Assembly (NCBI GenBank): GCA_973851085.1
Contig: OZ316776.1
Coordinates: forward strand, 7,998,001 to 8,062,000
Reading direction: 5' to 3'
Origin: Ptychomitrium polyphyllum
Taxonomy: Eukaryota
Length of the DNA stretch: 64,000 nucleotides
Positions 52,751 to 64,000 of the stretch are shown here, piece by piece. The notes beneath the pieces are model-generated. The model did not search any database. It saw only the letters and a program-made list of their open reading frames with translations, and was not told the origin of the DNA. The position numbers and the translations under genes are program-made. The number at the start of each line of letters is the position of its first letter. Positions within the stretch are counted from its first letter, which is position 1.

Positions 52751-53647
52751 GCCCACTCCTGCAATCCAACCACTTCCAGAACCGCCAACACTCAGATCAA
52801 AGAGAGCCCTCACCTCATGGCTATGGCCTAAACCCCCCACGATCCCATTTCTTCCAGAAACTCCTACAGCCCATAGAAGCAATAATAAAAACCACAGTCC
52901 TCCAAAGCTAAAGCCAAGAAAGGGAGTGACAATTACCTCCGTCGTCGTCGTCGTCTTTCTCATCTCCTAGACATCGACTCCGACTTGGTGAATGCTGCAA
53001 CATCGACGACATCGACGAGCTCCACTCCTGCTAGCGCAAACAACTGCCAACCAAACCAAATCAAACCAAAGCAAAGGAGGCTCCGTCTCTATTTCTGTTT
53101 CTAACTTTCCTCGCGAACCAGGGCTGTAGCTTGCTGCCGCGGCCCACAGGAGTTCGAAAATCAGAAGAAGCACGCCCTGTCGCCGCGGAATCTTCTCGCG
53201 GAATCCCCAGATATGTTATGCTGCAGGCTTGCAGCGATGATGCGACCGAATGAAAGCGTGTGCGCCGGCGTCTTATCGTAGCTTAGACGTGCGAAAGCAC
53301 AATCCGGAAAGCCACATGCAGAAGCCAAACCTCAACTCGTGCGGAGGCTCTCAGGCGCACAGTGCACTTGATCATCGTTGTCTGCACTCTGTCGTGTCAC
53401 CGGATCTAGAATTCCGTCACGATCATCGTCGGGTGCGGCACTACTGTAACCTCGTTCACGCAACGTAGAGTTGCCAATGCAAGGCAGGAATCTCTTATCC
53501 ACCTTGAGTTTACTGTGCGAATTAACCTCAAACGTGTCTAGCACAGAGAGGTCAGTCCTTTTGGCCTTCAAGAATTATCACATGATGAATCTTCCATGTT
53601 TGATCAACGTTTCCCATTTCTGATCGCTTTTGATGTTTTCGAAACCC

Positions 53648-53709
53648 TCGTATACTTAGTCGTATACTTAGTCGTATACATAGTCGTATACTTAGTCGTA
53701 TATTTAGTC
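53648..53709. repeat. 12-bp tandem repeat (TCGTATACTTAG) x5
   Basis: Directly visible, two single-base variants. Confidence 0.92.
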
Positions 53710-56078
53710 ACAAGAAAAGGTTTATGTGTGTGAGTTTTTGGTACAAGGGAAGACTTTGGAGATTGGAGTATCTTATCTAAACGTATATGTTGTATGTTGT
53801 TGTTGCCAAATCTAGCACCAATTGTGAATTTGCGCTAAATTTTTTGTAACCAATAGGGTTATTTAAAAAAATCCTTCATTTAATGTCCTTGTTGCCCTCC
53901 TTCTAAACTTCTTATTTTTTATCTATGTTTGGATGTTTTAGAACTTTGTTATAAATGAATATTGTATTGTTTCCTTGTGGACCATGACTTTGGAGCTTAG
54001 ACAAAAGGTATGGAATCTATAAAGAGGCATGAAGAATGATAAGAATATGTAATTTTAGATTGTCTTACAACTTTGTATAGACTAATTTTACTTTATTTCA
54101 TTTCAAGAGGAGCTTAAAATGAGATTTTAAAACTTTTCTTTTTAAGCAAGTTCATTAAAGTTCTAATATATAAAGTAAGAAGGTGATTTTTTATATTCAT
54201 ACTATAAATTTACATGGACACTCTAATTTACAATCAAACTATAAAGTTTTTATTACTATATATCTATAAATAATACAAATTTTAAAAATCATTATTATTT
54301 ATATGATTTTTAAAATGTAGAAGTTGAATATAGTTTCATTGGATATTATGTTGCTATTTTTTCAACTTGACATCAAATTCAAGGCTTAAGGTTGTTGAAT
54401 ATTCTATTTACAATTATCAAAAAATAATAAATAAGTGAAGAGTAACAAATTTTCAAATGTTCATAATTTATTCAATGAAACCAAACCAACTTACAGCTTA
54501 AATATATATAATGAGCCTCATCTTTTTAAAGTGATAGTTAGATAAATTACAAAAAAGAGTGGTTGATTGTTTTACTTGGTGAAGAAATGTACAAGATATT
54601 AAAGATCAAATTATATATTTTACATACTTGTTTAAGGTTTGAAATGAACACCAACACAATATGACTTGTGAAGTGCCTATGAGCACCATTTCTAATTGGT
54701 ATACCATCTTAAATCCTTAGAAGATGAAAAAACCAATTATATAAAAATCATAACTAATTTGAAGTGATGGTATTTATATGATTTATATTTTCAATGGTTT
54801 TTGGTTATAGATCCCACCTTTTTACATTTTAGCTAAGTTAATTAGACTATTTTAAGAATTGACAAATCATTTAAGCTAATAATAATAAAATTAAGATGAT
54901 TCACTACAGTGTATTTACTGTATGGTTTTCAAATAGTTTTTATAACAACCAATATTTAAGCCATGAAATTGACCTCCATTGCATTTGTACTTAACAATCA
55001 ATATAAACTCAACAGATTTAGTTTACTTTATTTTAGAATTAGGAATTTTATAAAAATTGAATGACTGATCACAATCACAGGTTTGACAAGTATTATTGTA
55101 GAACAGTAATTACTGCAAAGTTGAATGAAAATGATGATTTTCATCCACCAAGATGTTTTTTTATTGTGATTTATATTTACAATAGAAAATTTGGAGTTGT
55201 ATTATTTTGTAATTGGTACGAATTTTCTTATCAATCACTTAAAAAATTATAAGGATTTCAAATTTTCACAAAACTTGTGAAATTTTCCATAGTAAACACG
55301 AGGCATCATCTACTAGAAGCCATAGTGGTAGGTCCCATCATTTAGGATTAAGTCACTCTTTAAGGAAGAAAGTCTTCTGTAGTCTGTGAACGTTTCAGGA
55401 ACAACAAACGTTTATGCGAACAATTCTTGTTATCTCGAGGTAGAGCGAAGTTCAAATCAGAAAAAGAACTACTCTGCAACCAGTAAACAATACTGACAAC
55501 CTGCACTAATACATACCTCGATCTAGCGCACACAAAATGGTCACAGTAATCATCACTTTTGTTTGTGAACATCATGACAAAAACAAGAGCCTCAGATATC
55601 CTTAGAGCAATTAAAATGTAAGTGCACATGTATCTGATCCAGGTATAAGGCAATTTCTATTCAATCTCAATGTCACTGCTGCTCCCAACCAGAAAGATGC
55701 AATTATGCGGTTGACATTTTAAAGTTCCATCTGCCTCTTGCTCCTCCTCCTTATGCGTTCTCTTTACATTTCTTTCTCTTTCGTGACGTCCTCCCAATTC
55801 TCACATACAGGTTTCCTATTAGTTTTCTAAAAAGGCCATTATGGAAATATACCAGCCTGTTTCAAAACTTCCAGTTCCAATTAAAGCATATAGATCCGTA
55901 AAACACAAGAATGACGGAAGTGCAACGAAATGCACCGGACTGGTTCTATGGTCTGCAAAGCTTCTGGCTTCCCAAAAAAAAGATAAGCCAAAATTTTTCT
56001 TCGTCCTTAACAACTAAGATGTTTTTTTCCTTTTATATATGAGACGCCGTCTCAGCCCCATCCCAACGCTTCTTGCAA

Positions 56079-56079
56079 A

Positions 56080-56138
<59 letters not shown>
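56079..56138. repeat. (AT)n microsatellite followed by long poly(T)
   Basis: Directly visible. Confidence 0.95.
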
Positions 56139-56140
<2 letters not shown>

Positions 56141-57093
56141 GAAGCAACAAAAAAACATAAGATCTACCACGTCAAAAGAAAAGCCTTCCTAAATAAAAAC
56201 GGTAGTTCAGGAAACGTGGTTGCTAGAGAATATAATGTACTGGATAACACAATGATCAAAGCCAAACCTAGGCGCAGCCCTCAATTCTGCATAATGCCAA
56301 GTTGTGTTTTCGAGGCTGCAGAGTTTTGGTTGGTGAATCAGAAGAGTGTTATTTGCCGTAGTGTCAGACTGAGCAGGAGCTTCTGATTAACAACGATACA
56401 AAGCCAGTCACACTGTCCGTGTTATAAAAGCAAGAGATTTTCAAGCTATTCTATCGGAAAGAAAGCCCCGTTTCACTACAAATGCAAAGTTGAAGCTTAC
56501 CACAAATAATCGCCTGGCTGAATGCTGAGTATAAAACATTCTAACGTCTCCTCCAGCAAATTTCAGCACCTTGCTCATCCGTAGCTTGCCTGATGAATGA
56601 ATTGCTGACAAGATCCTAACTCTGGTGGAGGACAGGCAAATTGCAAGGCACAAACTTGCTTGGGGTCGTGTAAGAGGGAAAGACAACAATTAGGCAGCTC
56701 TAAAAGCGAACATGTAACTTCGGCGCCTGAACGAACACGTGAAGTCTTATTAATACAAACCATAAAGTATTCCACAAATCGTATCTTATTGCCATTATGA
56801 ACACATTGGTAAAACCATCTTATATTTCTTAAGAATTTTAAAACCTCACTAGGCTACACAATATGAAAAGAAATCAATCTTCAAAAGTAACTCATTTCAG
56901 CAGCATTACCTGAACAAATTAGCTATTCCCAAAATACAGGGCCTTCAATGAGGATAATCGTATATTTCCGGACAATGCACACAGCCTTCAACCAACTTCC
57001 CTTTCATTGACCTACCATAATCAGTGCGTTGTAAAGCTTGGAGCTCTAATTAAATTCCAAATACAAACCTCCAAGAGAGTAGCTGCAAAGCTC

Positions 57094-58926
57094 TCACAAT
57101 AGCGAAGCTTTGTCCCCACTACCGTTTTTATAATCAAACGCAAGTCGACCATTTTTCGAGATCAGGATTTTCTCCAGCTCAACGAAATCCGGAGGATACC
57201 ACTGCTTCCTAGTGCTCCTCATCAGTATCAATTTTTTGTAATAAGCCATCCTCATACAGATCTCTCCAAATGTGGGTCTGTCTTCAGGCACTGAAAGCCA
57301 ACATTGTTGGATACATTCTGCTAGATAGTCAGGGCAATACGATGGTAGCTCTGGCCTCTCGCCGGCCTTGACTCTGACAAACAACGTTGCAAGCGGTGTT
57401 CCTTCAAATGGCATCTTCGCGGTGAGAATCTCGTAACAAATTAACCCAAAACTGTACACATCGACAGACCCTGGCGGCCCTTCTCCTTCAACAGCTTGGT
57501 CTCCGGAGGCCTCAGGTGCTCTCCAACGAATATTATCTTCAAATTTTGAATATTGTTTCCCTGCACAATACTGGGAACTCTTGGGTCTGCCCTCCAACCT
57601 GTATTTTGTTTGACCAAAATTTGAAACTTTCACTAGGAACTTCTCACGTCCCGGAAAGTTACTGGGCTTGATCAGCAGATTTGCAGTTCTCAAGTTCCCA
57701 TGCACTATTTGGCAATCATGCAGGTACTCCATGGCCTTCGCTACCTGGAGCATAATGTCAACGGCAACAACCAAACTGAAAGGAGCATCCATTGAGGAGC
57801 GCGAATTCAGAAGTGATTGGAGATCCTGGTCCATGAGCTCGAGGACCAACATGCCTGTTTGATCGTCCTCCCTGTATGCACATCCTATCAATTGGACCAC
57901 GTGCGGATGTTTCACTAATGCCAAAATAGCGGCCCTTTTCGCTATAAAATCTTTGTGCACACGTGAGATGGCCTTGACAGCCACACTGAATCCGAACCAC
58001 TCGTACTCATCTATCACGCTCTGGTCTCCATACCCCAGGTGCCGAACGCACAACAAATCCTTGTCGTCCAGCCAATAGCTATCTGGAAGAGAGTCTGTCT
58101 GAGGCGAAGCTCCATTCAGTTTTTTCAGAAGGAAGTCGGCTATAGCCTGGTGTTGGGTGAACTCGAAATCATGGCGGAACGAGTCATCCACGATATCCTC
58201 CAGTTTCTTCATCATGGACTTCCGGTCGCTTAATTCTCGAAAGTGGAGGGCATTGCTAACCAGCGTGTTGATTATGTTGAGATCCATGGCCTTGTTTCCC
58301 ATCAAAAGATCGGTCAGACCATCAAGAGTAAGGCCATTACTATTACCAGTACCATTGTCTACGAAGTAAAGATTTAGACGTTCACGATACCTGAAGTTGG
58401 GATTTCTTGTCAACACCATGAAGGCATTCTCAACTACATCCAGGCTCCACAAAAACCTTCGAAGGCACATGCCAAACGGAGACCTTAAAAACTGCTTATG
58501 TCCAGAATCCTGCGAGTAGCTAGGGGTCGACATTATGATAGCTGACCTGCACCAATGCTCGGAAGTACAAGCCGTGACAAGCTCTTGCCCGTCATGTATA
58601 GCATGATTCAACTCCAGAAAAGAGTCTCTACAAAGTGAGAGACAGTGATCAAAATCTGCACATTGTCGGACGGACTTTCGTTGCAACTCAATGGCTTTCT
58701 GGTGGATGTTTGAAAACTCCTTTTGTATAGACCAGGACAATTCGTCAAGCACGACCGAGAAGCTATCACACAGATAGGAGCATTGCCCTAGGTTGAAGCG
58801 CACACTTTTCTTCAGCTCCCGAAATCTCTCCGACAACTGCTTGCATGCTTTCGGGATCTGGTTAAGGACCTTCACTCGCTCCCGTATAAGACGGATTTCT
58901 TCACCGAGAGACCATTCAGTAGCCAT
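57094..58926 (-). CDS. Intronless 610-aa helical-bundle + pseudokinase protein, plant MLKL-like
   Basis: Single ORF; TKL-type kinase fold (VAVK, HPHVVQLIG, WRAPE, DVYSFG, RPTF) with HRD->HGN and DFG->NFG; N-terminal FNLGQCSYLCDSFSVVLDEL, FLELNHAIHDGQELVTAC...W and linker IADFLLKKL...LPDS. Confidence 0.85.
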   Translation of the reverse strand: MATEWSLGEEIRLIRERVKVLNQIPKACKQLSERFRELKKSVRFNLGQCSYLCDSFSVVLDELSWSIQKEFSNIHQKAIELQRKSVRQCADFDHCLSLCRDSFLELNHAIHDGQELVTACTSEHWCRSAIIMSTPSYSQDSGHKQFLRSPFGMCLRRFLWSLDVVENAFMVLTRNPNFRYRERLNLYFVDNGTGNSNGLTLDGLTDLLMGNKAMDLNIINTLVSNALHFRELSDRKSMMKKLEDIVDDSFRHDFEFTQHQAIADFLLKKLNGASPQTDSLPDSYWLDDKDLLCVRHLGYGDQSVIDEYEWFGFSVAVKAISRVHKDFIAKRAAILALVKHPHVVQLIGCAYREDDQTGMLVLELMDQDLQSLLNSRSSMDAPFSLVVAVDIMLQVAKAMEYLHDCQIVHGNLRTANLLIKPSNFPGREKFLVKVSNFGQTKYRLEGRPKSSQYCAGKQYSKFEDNIRWRAPEASGDQAVEGEGPPGSVDVYSFGLICYEILTAKMPFEGTPLATLFVRVKAGERPELPSYCPDYLAECIQQCWLSVPEDRPTFGEICMRMAYYKKLILMRSTRKQWYPPDFVELEKILISKNGRLAFDYKNGSGDKASLL

Positions 58927-61900
58927 GATCGACCAATCAATAGGACACCCACAGCACCAACGTCAGCTGAATGCGAAATATGTTTAACTACTGCTTCTTA
59001 GGCGTTTCGGAGGCATTTCCTTCCATTCGCCCTCCACTTCTCCAATATCAGCCAACAATTCTTCATGTTTGACAGTCACGGATGACAAATATTGCCCTTC
59101 CTTACATCTTCTTAAATCCTATCCAGAGATAACAAAACATAACTCTGATCTCCTCACAAGCGGCTGCATCACAATATAGAACACCGGCAATCAGTTATCC
59201 TGTGCATAAAGTAGAACGAGAAGATCAATCGAGTCAAGAGTACAAAATAATACAGACATTGATAAGATTTACAACTTACCTGGACTCAGATTGCCACGCT
59301 CATTAAAGAACTTTGAATTAATTGCAAGAATACACACATTTAAAGGTATAACCTGACAGTTACGGTTGTGAATAATTTACAAATAGAGTCACCCACATCC
59401 ACACAATTGCCCCTGCTTATTTTTGATTTGGTGATGCATTTGTAAACTGCTCCAGCACATCCAACTACTTCCATGCATTAGATGGTAGCTTCTCGTATAT
59501 ATCTCACCAATCTTGGAAGAGAATTTGCGAACGGCTACACGATACTCTGCATTATGTCCTACACGTACAGGAGACAAATATATTAGTATGACTAAGCTAT
59601 GGATGATGCCCTTGGGACCTTGTACCTCTCTGAATTGGAAGCGCTGCAATTCAACTCTATGTCTCAAGAAACTGAGCGCGAAAGGACTTCATCCCCGAAC
59701 AAGAAACACGAAACATCTGAACTTAAGCACTTCTACTCTAGTGAACTTCGACTTCAAGCTCTTCTTTTGTCATCCAACCACGTGTTAAAGCAAACTGACG
59801 AACTGCACTAAACAGGGTCTAGGCATTGACACAAGGCTATTTGTGCCACGTCTACCATTGCCTTCTTCATCAAAATCTATTGAGCTGTCAGAGTGAACAT
59901 GACTTTCAGAATATAATGCATTAGGTCAAGCGCATGCACCGCCAAGTTCACAGCATAAGTGTCAAGCATCAAAGCTCAAGTTATCAAATGAAAAAAAACT
60001 AACGCCCTAAACTGATAGAAACAGGCAGCAGCAGATTAAATAGTTTCAGTGTTGTTACCCATACGACATTTGCAACACGCCATCCACCGTTCCCGTGTTA
60101 ACGGTCCAGACACTTTCAACGTAAGAAGCAGTTTACAAAATTCATACAAGGTTTTTTCCTAATCCGCGTGACCACCACAAACGATAATTACTTGATTTTC
60201 AGAACGGAGAAAACAAGACCTGGATACATCACACTCCTAAAGATATTAAGTAGCAACTACTCGCAACTCACCTCTCTACGGTTCATGTTTTCAATCTCTC
60301 ATCAAAAAGAGTCCACAAATCCAAACTGACTTCAACAGCCAAACATCAGGTGAAAGAGAGAGAGGTGTCTCTCGACCTTATTCAGGCACTACTCTTTTCT
60401 TATGAGCACACTACTCCTTTCATTGAAAGAACACATCACATTTCATCAATCTCTTGGTAGAGCAGAAGCAAGAAAACAGAGCAAAATAGCGTGATCATGC
60501 GCACACGTCTGCAACTCGCACTGGGCATTGTCAACCCGTCCACACTTTATCACACCCAACAGCTCCTGAATCGCACAAGCTCACGTCCAAAATCGCAACG
60601 TCGACGTGCTCCTCGTACCGACACACAAATTGCCTTCAAGACTAATAATAGAAAATCCCTACTCCTGCTTCACTCCATCAACACACAACCCAAACAATTA
60701 CCAAACAAGTCACCCTCCTAACCCCATTCCGTCGCGATTCACGAAATCCAAAACACAAGTTTCCACAAGACGAGAGACCCAACAACGCCACCAAAACTGC
60801 AACAACCCATCTCGAAAACGAAAGAACCTCAGCCCCAGAAACTTGAAAAGTCCAAACCAGACGAAACCGACCTCAGAGAAGCGGCTTAACACGGCAGAGC
60901 AGACGGAAGGAAAGACAAATAGGAACCCTACTTCAACTAGTGTACTGCACTATACCGACTGACTGCAGTAACCAAGACTGCGATGCGAGCAAGCAACGAC
61001 AAACCTGGAGACGACAGAGGGACTCACAAGAGCTGCGATTCATGTCACTTCCGGCATTCCGGCATCATCAGGCTGGCGTGATATCGGATGGGCTGCATGG
61101 ATGGCACCAGGGAGTGCCACTAAGGAGTGTCACAGTTGCGTGGTATCACCTCCGTTCTGAAGCGCGAGCACAAATTTCGGCCAAGGAGATACCAATGAGA
61201 TTGGAGTTGGTAGCGCAAAGTGTGACAGAAGGATGCTCCCGGAGTGGCAGTGGGAGATGACGATCGAGAGGAGTGCAGGGTGCACAGCATAGATGGCGAA
61301 AAGATTTGGGGCGCTGCGTGTGCTTTGTCCACTCACGATGAAGTTAGGCGCTGGCTGGCGGGATTGGTTTTCTTGAGACTGGGTCTCATAAGTAACTCGC
61401 CATAGCAGCACAGGAGTGCACCGGTAACCCGACCAAGCCGGCCACTATCGTGTACATAGTTGACGACTCCAAAGATGATGATGCACGGGCCGGGGCCAGA
61501 GTGCCAGTGCGAGGGAAGCGAGGCAGGCAATGCCGCGCGCGCCTCAGGCGAGGCCCTGCCTTCTGTGGCGTTGCCAGCTGCTTGTTGGCCAAACGCGCAC
61601 GGCCGCATTCCGCGCCATTAGTGACTGCGCTTTGTGACCTCCTCGCTGCTCAGTGGATGTGTCTCCCATGTCAACCCCCCCAGTTCTCGACCATTTTTCT
61701 CTGATCCTACAATAGCGATTTTTTTGCTAGGATGTTACGTGCACGTACATGAGGAGCGGGGATGGAGATTGATTGGTTTTAGGGGCTTTTTTGCCTTCAT
61801 AGCAGATAATGAGTACCGATGGTTAGTTGAAACTCAATGAGAGAGATGCGTGCTTACCAAGGGTTCAGAGACGGTCGTTAATCTATCGTTGTAAGGTAAG

Positions 61901-63601
61901 AAAATATTCATTGTACTATTTTTCAAGGTGCCCTGCATGAACCTGGGCCTGGGTACAGTTGGTCTCACTCATGACCTGCCCTATTAAGGACGACTTCAGA
62001 GAGAGAGGACGGCACCTTAGCTTGTGTATGTGTCATTATTCAATTGGCTCAGAGAATTACAAGTGTGTCTTGTACCTGCATGTCATTCTTTTCCATGCCA
62101 TTCTTTGTAGATGAAATATAAACTTATAAACTGCATTCAAGTGGTTTTTGAACGTGTAGTTTTGATCTCTTAATAACTATGAATTAGTTGGAGAGGTCCA
62201 TGAAGGTTTTTCCATGTCATTGTTTTTGGTATAATCACTTTATTGGGCTTCAAGCTATTATTGGACTATGTTGAATTTGTTTGAACAAAATTATTATTTA
62301 ATCCCTGGATAAATAATCATGGAAATTACTATGTTTAAAACCCATTTGTATGTGTGAAGAAATTACATTTTTGATTGAGTACGAATTTTTGATATGTATC
62401 CATGAGCCTAATGTGACAATAAGAAACTATGTTTAGCTTTGGAAATTCAATCTCACACATTCTTGTAAAACACTTCAAAAAATGAAGTAATGAACACATA
62501 TCTGGCATGTATATCTTCAGCTAGTCAAAAAAATTAGAGAAATTGAGTTGCCCAAAGTGATTAGCTTATAAGAAATGCTGCTTCAAACGTAAGCACCTGG
62601 GAGCCTGGTTGGCCTGTTGCATGTGAACGATGTCACAACAGCAGCTGATTGTTGAGTCCACGGCAGCCTCAAATTAAGACCACAATCATTCACCGATAAT
62701 CTCCGCTTTGTTCGTCAGTTAAACTCTTTTTTACTCGATAACCCAATGTTGAACCAGAGTTGGTTACCTATAAACTCATGCACTTTCCAATTGTCATTTT
62801 CTGTAACTTCTTCCTTTCCGAAAATCGACGGTGCTGGTTTCCAAAGTAGAGCTGTGTGATGACGCATTGCACAATTTGAAACAGGGAACGTTAACCGAGA
62901 TTTGATCATTAGAGTAAGGGTTTACCGACGGTGATACATTTATGTTCCTGCAAAGGACTGTGAAGGGAGGTTTATATCTGTAAAATAATTCTAACCATAT
63001 CAGACACTGGAAAGAGCTAGTCCTCAGACATAGACAGATCATTTGTCTCTGCATCCCACCCGGGTTTCTAGTACTCTCTGAGTTGGATATTCTAAGGCCT
63101 ACTTCATATTCTGTGCTTAAATTGAACACCTGACAAGACGAGAATAAAAAACACTTATACGTCTGCTTCACCAGAAAGTAGCCATTCGCTCAAATCGAAA
63201 CGGTCGTACATTAGCAATCCACAATTCGAGCATTTCACAAGAGCCACTGCCTGGTATCAAAATCACATCCTTACACTGCCAGAGTTGACTGGTTGTGTAC
63301 CAGCTATATTAAGAGTCGCAAATGAAAATTTCAGCGTCCATCACTTTAATCTCTTATGGAAATATGAACCACTACCCTCTTGATATTCATGTCCCATTGA
63401 GCTACTTGGTAACCTCAAATGAAGTACACTTCGGCGCCCTTTTTTTTGATATACAAAATGGCGTTCACAAAGCGGTACAAGTAAACTCGTAAAAAACAGC
63501 AGACGATGGCAGAAGACGGATACAACAACAGCTCCATCTCTTGCACATCGAGCTGACGTGTACCAGCTCTCCAATAGTTTTTGTACAATGCTCGGGCCAG
63601 T

Positions 63602-63923
63602 CTAGTAATACTCTGCCTGTTTCTGGCTTGTCTCTTGCTGCAGACATAAAATGTGAAGTGGCACTTTATTGTTAGCACCCAAGAAAATCGAGATACCAAA
63701 ACATCAAATCGTCTGAACACCTAAACGCTTCCTTCAATGTTAAAACCATTCATAAAATGAACAATTTCTGTTGAAGCGACTTCAGACATTGCAACAACAC
63801 AACAACCAAGTAAAAACTTCGCAGCACCTCGAAGGCAGCTTTGAGGTGATCCAGCTCCTTTGTCAAATCAGTAATGGCCAAGTTGTAAGCCTGCATTGGA
63901 GATGATTGACTCGTCGTTTGAAT
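63602..63923 (-). CDS. NRPB11: RNA polymerase II (IV/V shared) subunit 11, last two coding exons; gene starts beyond the window
   Basis: 63923-63828 [32 protein letters not shown] and 63637-63602 [11 protein letters not shown]. Confidence 0.92.
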
Positions 63924-64000
63924 CTGTGGTCATCAGGAGACGTTAGAAAAATCGATCAACCTAACCATAACATATAACTCGACAATACATCTAGAAGAGT

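Noticed and set aside
52356..52970. 204-aa plus-strand ORF
   Set aside because: Antisense shadow of LON2 exons and introns
57865..57880. CTCCCTGTATGC, partial match to miR160 as recalled
   Set aside because: Only a partial match inside coding sequence, no hairpin

Overview
Eukaryotic, intron-rich plant DNA, most likely a moss (inferred from gene content, GT-AG intron style and AT-rich degraded transposon remnants). Two gene-rich blocks flank a ~21 kb AT-rich transposon graveyard (~23.0-43.8 kb) holding a solo LTR with TSD, LINE and Mutator-like remnants and small repeats. Left block: an SRO/RCD1-family PARP-like+RST gene (+), a secreted GH5 beta-glucosidase with a fascin-like domain (-), NatB subunit NAA20 (-), and, head-to-head with it, an unannotated-looking protein whose hand-spliced termini resemble the RAD51AP1 N-terminus and RAD51-interaction motif. 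Right block: a divergent ABI3-like B1-B2-B3 factor (+), a peroxisomal LON2-type protease that appears to lack its whole N-terminal domain (-), an intronless four-helix-bundle+pseudokinase gene resembling plant MLKL (-), and the last exons of NRPB11 (-). Exon models were spliced by eye; homologue sequences were recalled from memory, not searched.
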